From: Octopus sinensis
Taxonomy: Eukaryota
Assembly (NCBI RefSeq): GCF_006345805.1
Contig: NW_021825325.1
Span: 1-15,263, forward strand
Length of the DNA stretch: 15,263 nucleotides
Direction: 5' to 3'
The notes under the pieces are model-generated. The model made no database searches, was not told the DNA's origin, and saw only the letters and a list, made by a program, of their open reading frames with translations. Shown piece by piece: positions 8,572-15,263 of this stretch. How positions within the stretch are numbered: position 1 is the stretch's first letter; the number at the start of each line of letters is the position of its first letter. The position numbers were made by a program, and so were the translations under genes.

Positions 8572-9081
8572 CGAAGACGACGACGGTGGAGGTGGAGGTG
8601 GAGGGGGGGGCTGGTTCTGTTGGTTGCGTGGTATTGGTGGTGGTGGTGGTGGTGGTGGTGGTCGTGGTGGTGGTCGTGGTGGTGGTCGTGGTGGTGGTGA
8701 TGATGATAATGATGAGGAGGATGATGATGGTGGTGGTTGTGGTGATGGTGGTGGTGGTGATGATGATGACGATGGTGGTGGTGGTGGTGGTGGTGGTGGT
8801 GATGATGATGATGGAGGGGGTGATGATGGTGGTGGTGGTGGTAGTGATGATGACGACAATTATGATGATATAACGATGATGATGATGATGATGATGATGA
8901 TGAGAAGGAGGAGGAGAAGATGGTACTGGTGGCAGTGATGACGATGATGATGATTGATGATGAAGACGATGACGCTAAAAACGTAGACGGCGACCACAAC
9001 GACAACGACGACGTTGATGATGATGATGGTGGTGGTAATAGTGCTGGTGGCGATGGTGGTGGGATGGGTGGGGATGGCAGC

Positions 9082-9113
<32 letters not shown>

Positions 9114-9143
9114 CGACGATGATGACGATGATGACGATGATGA
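8572..9143. repeat. (GGT)n/(GAT)n/(GAC)n trinucleotide complex
   Basis: Direct reading; open in most frames. Confidence 0.9.
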
Positions 9144-9302
9144 ATGCAAATATGATTTCTAACTTGGGTACAAGGTCATAAGGGTCTCTGGGCAGGGGCA
9201 GAGTGGGACGGTTAATACAATTACGCTTCAATTTACGATTCTCGGAGGGACGAAACCGAAGAAGGTCAGGATTTAAGTTAATTATCAGAAATAATAATGG
9301 TT

Positions 9303-9547
9303 TCAAATCTAGAGTCAAGGCTAATGATATTGTGGGGGCAGGGCCAGAGATCAGTCGATTAGATGACCCCTGTATTAAGCTGGTACTTCATTTTCATTGA
9401 CGACGAAGTAGTGAAGACAAAGGTTCGCCTTGTCAGGGTTTGAACCCATGACAACGATGTTTTGTCTAGGTAACTGGCCAGAAATTTTGGTGAAGAATTT
9501 GGTCAATTAAATGAACCCTGGTACTTAACTGGTAGTTTATTTCACGC
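9303..9547 (-). mobile_element. Two highly degenerate SINE family B fragments
   Basis: Recurrent GTCGATTAGATGACCCC...CTGGTACTT and GGTCAATTAAATGAACCCTGGTACTTAACTGGTAG resembling 1150-1200; a further remnant near 9675-9725. Confidence 0.5.
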
Positions 9548-9838
9548 ATGGATAATCTTCTTCGAGAAGCGGGCCGCATGAAACATGGTTCATCATGCCG
9601 CACTGCCTAAAAAAAATTTAATTAAAGGTAATTTTTCGTTAGATGCGATATCCAGAGAGTCCCGCGGACCGGAATAAATGAAAGAAGCTCACCTCTGTCG
9701 GATTTGAACTCGAAACGTAGACATCAAAAACAAATACTGTTCTATTGGTTCTACTAGTCCATCGCCCTTGTATTGTTTCTGACGATAGGATGTAGTTGTC
9801 AGGTATCATACGCTTTTTGTAGCTCGTGGATGATACTA

Positions 9839-10119
9839 CGAGGGTGAATCAAAAAGTAATGCCATTTTGTTTAGGACAGGTATAATTACCAGCATAGGAA
9901 CATGTATCGTACATCAAAATGAAGCTGGTCCTCTGTGGATCACATCCCTACTTCTCAACATCATCACCATTTCTCTCAATAATAATGTTCCACCCTGCCC
10001 CGTAAAATTCTGTTGACTGTTCTTTGAGCCACTTCTTCACTACAGTTTTCACTTCCTCGTCACTGGAATAATGTTTGACTCTCAAACCCTCTTTCGTGGG
10101 GCCAAAGAGATTGATAGTC
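9839..10119 (-). mobile_element. Mariner-family transposon 3' end: one TIR plus transposase C-terminal remnant (9948-10119)
   Basis: TA|CGAGGGTGAATCAAAAAGTAATG terminus. Minus strand DY(+1)LFGPTKEGLRVKHYSSDEEVKTVVKKWLKEQSTEFYGAG-WNIIIERNGDDVEK* matches the mariner region following the YSPDLAPxD motif. Confidence 0.9.
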
Positions 10120-10146
10120 CTTGACAAAGCTATTGGGGTAGTTACT

Positions 10147-10204
10147 AGATAGATAGATAGGGATGGATGGATGGATGGATGTATATATAAATATATTATA
10201 TATA

Positions 10205-10237
<33 letters not shown>

Positions 10238-10270
10238 CATATATATATATATATATATAATATATATAAT

Positions 10271-10347
<77 letters not shown>

Positions 10348-10378
10348 GAGATAGGTAGGTAGGTAGTAGGTAGGTAGG

Positions 10379-10467
<89 letters not shown>
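10147..10467. repeat. (AGAT)n/(GGAT)n/(TA)n/(AGGT)n compound microsatellite
   Basis: Direct reading; truncates the mariner remnant. Confidence 0.95.
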
Positions 10468-10804
10468 GGTCGACCAGACAGGACACAGGTTCCTACTGTT
10501 TCCCAATATAATCTCTAAATTATCAATGACATTTCCTCCGTGCCACTACAGGACTTTTATGGTATAAATAACATTACATGTGTGTGTACGCGCATGCGGT
10601 CTCGTGCTTTAGGTACGGATGCATGTATGTATATATGTATGTGTGCGGATACATATCTATACGTATGTGTGTGTGTGTGTGTGAGCATACGTATGTGTGT
10701 GTATAAATATGGTGTGTGGTTGTATATTTATCTATTTGCGTATGATTGTACAGTTATGTGTATACATATATAAATTTGTGTTCGTGCGCCTGTGTGTCTG
10801 CTTG

Positions 10805-10810
10805 TGTATG

Positions 10811-10846
<36 letters not shown>

Positions 10847-10920
10847 TGTATGTATGTATGTATGTATGTATGTATGTATGTATATGTATGCATGTATATA
10901 TGCATGTGCATGTATGTTTG

Positions 10921-10964
<44 letters not shown>

Positions 10965-11042
10965 TCTGTGTATAGGAATGTATGTAGGCATATATATGTA
11001 TGTATGTATGTGTATATATGAGTGTATGTAGGCATATATATA

Positions 11043-11076
<34 letters not shown>

Positions 11077-11121
11077 CATGTATGTATGTATGTATGTATG
11101 TATGTATGTATGTATGTATGT
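10805..11121. repeat. (TATG)n/(TG)n/(TA)n compound microsatellite
   Basis: Direct reading. Confidence 0.95.
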
Positions 11122-11656
11122 GCATTCGTGGGTAAATGAGGGATGAGTCAAATTTAAGGGGTGCACGAGAGGAGAGGAGAGGAGAGGTGTGGAAAAGGGT
11201 GTGTGGGAAGCTTGCAAAAAAAAAAAGGAAGTGAGACAACAAAAAATGGGCGAGGACGACATGCTGGGGAGCATACTCACACACACACACACACACACAC
11301 ACAGAGCAGAGTATTAGAAGATAAAAACCGAGAGAGGATATTATGTTTGATGGATGTGAAATAGTCGTTAACCTTAGCGATTGTGGTGAACGCGTGAGAT
11401 AATGAGAGGATGATGTATGCGTTTGTATTTGTGTATATGTGTATATATATGTGTGTATGTATATGTGTTTGTATATACTTTGTGTGTACGTGTATCTGTG
11501 TGTCTAGTTCTCCGTTATTTAGCTTCGAGTTGACCCTCGTTCAAGCGGTTGTATGCTCAGAAGTTTATTCCCAGTCGTCACCATCCTGCGTGTTTCTTTG
11601 CGCAGTGGCCATCTTGGGCCGCGTTCTTTGCAGTAATAGCCTTTCATTATTTAAAT

Positions 11657-11702
11657 CACTGGTTCCCAAATGGGGTCCATTTGACTCTAGGGGGTCCATA
11701 GG
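11657..11702 (+). mobile_element. Possible hAT (Charlie-like) transposon terminus
   Basis: CACTGGTTCCCAAATGGGGTCC...GGGGGTCC resembles CAGTGGTTCCCAAA-type hAT ends. No partner TIR or 8-bp TSD found. Confidence 0.3.
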
Positions 11703-12649
11703 AGATTTTTTTTGTGTGTTATATTTCTACAACGCACAAAATATTTTAATAATTTTTTTATACGACTCCGCATCTTTTCCATTTGGCTGCCATTTTTCGA
11801 AAATTCAATTTTAATTTTTTTTTTTTTTTTTGGTACATTAATGTAATTTTTCAAGCTGAATCTCAGGAGATACTTCACTTTTTCCAGAAAAAAAATTTTT
11901 TTAGAAAGGTTAGAGAGGTTTGATCATTTTTACCCACACAGAAAACAGGATTTGGAAGCTGTCATTTTGTGCGTGACAGCACGTGGTGTGAACTGTAAAC
12001 AAATGAAATTCCGCTTTACGCATGCCACATAACCTCTTATAATTTTTTATTTTGGGGAATTTTCAGAAAATTGCTGTGAATTTGTATTGTACACACGGGA
12101 ATTCATACGATTAAAATCCAAAACAAAAAGTTTGTGGGTGCGTGATTTAAGACTTATTTAGCTGTTATTTTTAGCACATCTCACCATCAGCTCAATGACT
12201 AGAATATATTTGTAACTATGTGCTTTCTTGTAAACAAAAGAGTTCTCATGCTTGGCAGTTACTCCAAGTTGAATGGGAGTTTTGCTGCGATAATACTATC
12301 ACCTCTTGTGTTATTTCTATTGTTTTTACACCAGGATGTGTTGTGTGCATTGAAATCTCTTACAGTGTGTTAAAGTGTTATAGTTGGGTGTATAGCTTGC
12401 GAAGTAGGATTTTTGGGTATGTTTTTTTTAATATGTAATGCCTTTATATCTAGAAGTATCCTAGTCCCTAGTGGTATCTATGACTGGATGCAAACTAGTA
12501 AAAAGAATTTTCGTGTGACTTAGGAGGTCCTACTATTTCGTGTATATCTACTAGTTATTCTTCTATCCAGTTAACCATCTATATGTACGTGGATCTGGTT
12601 ATACGTCTATCTGTCTACCAGTCTACCCCTCTCTTTCTCTCGCTTCAGG

Positions 12650-12651
<2 letters not shown>

Positions 12652-12734
<83 letters not shown>

Positions 12735-12757
12735 GGATGGATGGATAGATGGATGGA
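12652..12757. repeat. (AGAT)n/(GGAT)n microsatellite
   Basis: Direct reading. Confidence 0.95.
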
Positions 12758-12879
12758 TAAATAGACATACACGCACGCACACCCATACGTACGCATGTAT
12801 AAATGTATATATGTGTATGTGAGAGAGAGAGAGAGAGAATGCATACATGCATATGTACATATATATATATGTATGTATA

Positions 12880-13043
12880 TAGTTGGAATTTACAAAAAAA
12901 AACAAATAAACAAAAGACGGAGACGGGTGTGTAAACAACAAACAGGTGTATTAGTTTAACGCTCGGGAAGTGAGAAAGTCTTTTACGTTTCGAGCCTGCG
13001 CTCTTCAACGGAAAGGAACGCGGAAATAAACAGAGAGCTGTTG
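12880..13043 (-). mobile_element. Dispersed repeat (family P, copy 2) with a hammerhead-like fold at 12980-13015
   Basis: Homologous to 131-257. Minus strand CUUU [CCGUUGA] A GAGC-GCAG-GCUC [GAAA] C-G-UA / AAAG. Confidence 0.65.
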
Positions 13044-13088
13044 TATGTATATAGTTATATACATATATATATATATACGTGTACATAT

Positions 13089-13138
<50 letters not shown>

Positions 13139-13167
13139 GTGTGTATGTACGTATATAGGTATGTAGC

Positions 13168-13213
<46 letters not shown>

Positions 13214-13400
13214 TCTCTCTTAGTTTATCCATCTAATTGTCTGTCTATCTGTCTGTAAAATTTTTCCGCTAGTCTATCTGCCCGCCTGTCGGCCTGTCTG
13301 ACTTACCACATTCTTTTTATCATATGATTGGAATTCTTCTGAAAAAAGCAATGATATTAGTAATTATTATAATGATAATGAGGAAATTAAAAACAACGAT

Positions 13401-13440
<40 letters not shown>

Positions 13441-13932
13441 ACTATTACTATTATTATTGTTGTTATTATTATTATTATTATTGTTGTTGTTGTGAAACGA
13501 AATAAAAACAAGAATAGTTAGCAAAAGAAAACAAAAACAACACCCCCACGCACACGTACATATGTGTGTATGTGTGCGTGCGTGTGTGTACCTTTGTGTG
13601 TGTGCGTGCCTCTGTGTGTGTGTGCGTGTGTATGTACCTGTGTGTGTGCCTTTGTGTGTGTATGTCTCTGTATGTGTGTGCACGTGTGTGTTGAATACTA
13701 AACGCGCATGTGCTTGCAATTGAAATGCATTTATACTCTGCACATACACACATGCGTGCAGATAGGCACACACACACACACACACATGCATTAGACGCAC
13801 ACACGTGTAGAAACATACGCACGTTCATTACACATAACTACACACACATATACCCATCTCTCCCGCCCCCTTACACACACATACAAATAAACACACACAC
13901 ACACATGGTATATGATAAAACACGCGACTCAC

Positions 13933-13971
13933 ATGGAAACGTCACAATCCAAATATTAAGGGGAGAATCCC
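13933..13971 (-). other. Candidate 39-nt microexon of an unidentified gene
   Basis: About 40-nt T-rich tract ending TTTTCAG, CTTAC branch-like site upstream, AT|GTGAGT donor; only the symmetric phase-1 frame is open (xDSPLNIWIVTFP). Confidence 0.4.
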
Positions 13972-14279
13972 CTGAAAATACAAACAAAAAAAAAACAACA
14001 GAAAGAGAAACAAATACATTCGTAAGACTCCCCGCGGGCGAACTCACGCCCAGCTTTTCTACATGTAGACACACCCTCGTATCCTGTCTTTTAACTATTT
14101 GACTCACAAGTGTGTTTTTTTTTAAAGATATTTTAAAAAATTTATGCCATTGTTCTTTGCTTTATTTTGTTATTATTATTGTTGTTGCTGTGTTGTTGTT
14201 GTTGTTATTATTATTATTATTATTATTTAATTTTGTTTAATATCTCCTAACAACACGATCACCTTCACCATAAGCAACA

Positions 14280-14331
14280 TCATTATCAACAGCAGCATCG
14301 CTACCACTATCACCACCACCAATAGCAGCAG

Positions 14332-14394
<63 letters not shown>

Positions 14395-14660
14395 ATCATC
14401 ATCTTCATCACGATCAACGTTATCACCATCACCATCAGAACCACCGCTATCGTCGCCCTCATCAACACCACCGTCACCACAACCATCACCACCACCACCA
14501 CCGCTACCACTACTACCATCACCATCTCCACCACCAGTATCACCACCACCACCTCCATAACCACCACAACCATCAGCTTCACCGTCGCCATCGCCACCAC
14601 AACCTTCACATCCACCACCGTCACCTCCATTTCCACCACCGCCATCACCGCCATCATGAC
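14280..14660. repeat. (CAT)n and degenerate (ACC/CAC)n tract
   Basis: Direct reading; source of the poly-Met/Gly ORF 14227-14841. Confidence 0.9.
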
Positions 14661-14721
14661 TACGACCAACATGAAAACGTCTGTGATTTGTGTGTTGTAT
14701 GTCCATCCGTATGTCTGTATA

Positions 14722-14897
14722 TGTGTCTTTGTATCCCCCCACACACACACACACTACTCCTTGATAATTGGTGCTGGTTTGTTTTCGTCCCCTTAAACTG
14801 GCAGTTTGCAAAAAAAAAAGACCTAATAGAGTAAATACCAAACTTTAAACAGTGCCGCAGCATGGCTGCAGTTCAATGGTTGAAACAAATATAAAAA
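14722..14897 (+). mobile_element. SINE family A 3' tail, diverged
   Basis: TGCTGGTTTGTTT..CCCC, CAGCATGGC and TGAAACAA match 2985-3185. Confidence 0.7.
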
Positions 14898-14904
14898 GCA
14901 AGAG

Positions 14905-14968
14905 GCTGACAGACAGGCGGACAAACAGACAGAGAGACAGACAGAGAGACAGACAGACGGACAGACAG

Positions 14969-15025
<57 letters not shown>

Positions 15026-15028
15026 TAG

Positions 15029-15083
<55 letters not shown>

Positions 15084-15090
15084 CAGACAT
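14905..15090. repeat. (AGAC)n/(AG)n/(AGAT)n compound microsatellite
   Basis: Direct reading. Confidence 0.95.
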
Positions 15091-15263
15091 TCGCGCACAC
15101 GCGCATACATGCTTGCACCCACACACACGTACATATGTATAAATATATGCGTGCGAGAGAGAGAGAGAGAGAGAGAGCGTGTATATATAAATGTACGCAT
15201 ATGCATATATGCATGCATGTATATCTGCGTGTATGCGTATGTATAGCGCTTACATTGTCATTT

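Noticed and set aside
8436-9318. Overlapping poly-Ser/His/Gly/Asp/Pro/Val ORFs
   Set aside because: Translations of (GGT)n/(GAT)n tracts open in several frames and on both strands.
9779-9810. CTGACGA hammerhead-like core
   Set aside because: No helix II or GAAA follows.
12335-12416. Possible 82-nt plus-strand exon (CCAG|...TTGG|GTATGT)
   Set aside because: Unconvincing TG-rich peptide, no supporting neighbouring exons, and opposite strand to the better candidates.
14227-14841. 204-aa Gly/Asp/poly-Met ORF
   Set aside because: Composed of a SINE tail plus (CAT)n/(ACC)n repeats.

Overview
Repeat-dense animal genomic DNA (intron or intergenic). The microsatellite load and tRNA-like SINE families resemble octopus/coleoid cephalopod genomes; this is recognition from memory, not a database search. 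No intact protein-coding gene is supported, and nearly every ORF in the supplied track is a translation of simple repeats ((TATG)n, (AGAT)n, (CA)n, (GGT)n, (GAT)n). Recognisable content: two SINE families in several copies, an internally deleted Tc1-like element with perfect 39-bp TIRs whose missing 150-bp segment sits rearranged just outside it, a mariner end with a transposase C-terminal remnant, and two weak minus-strand exon candidates (39 nt and 94 nt). The most unusual signal is five hammerhead-ribozyme-like folds in at least three sequence families (131-170, 2432-2471, 3896-3948, 4070-4110, 12980-13015). Most have the minimal type I geometry with palindromic helix III known from Penelope-like elements, and several carry non-canonical cores (U3-A8 swap, U6, G17). 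No reverse transcriptase ORF is visible. All folds were derived by eye and none is tested for activity.
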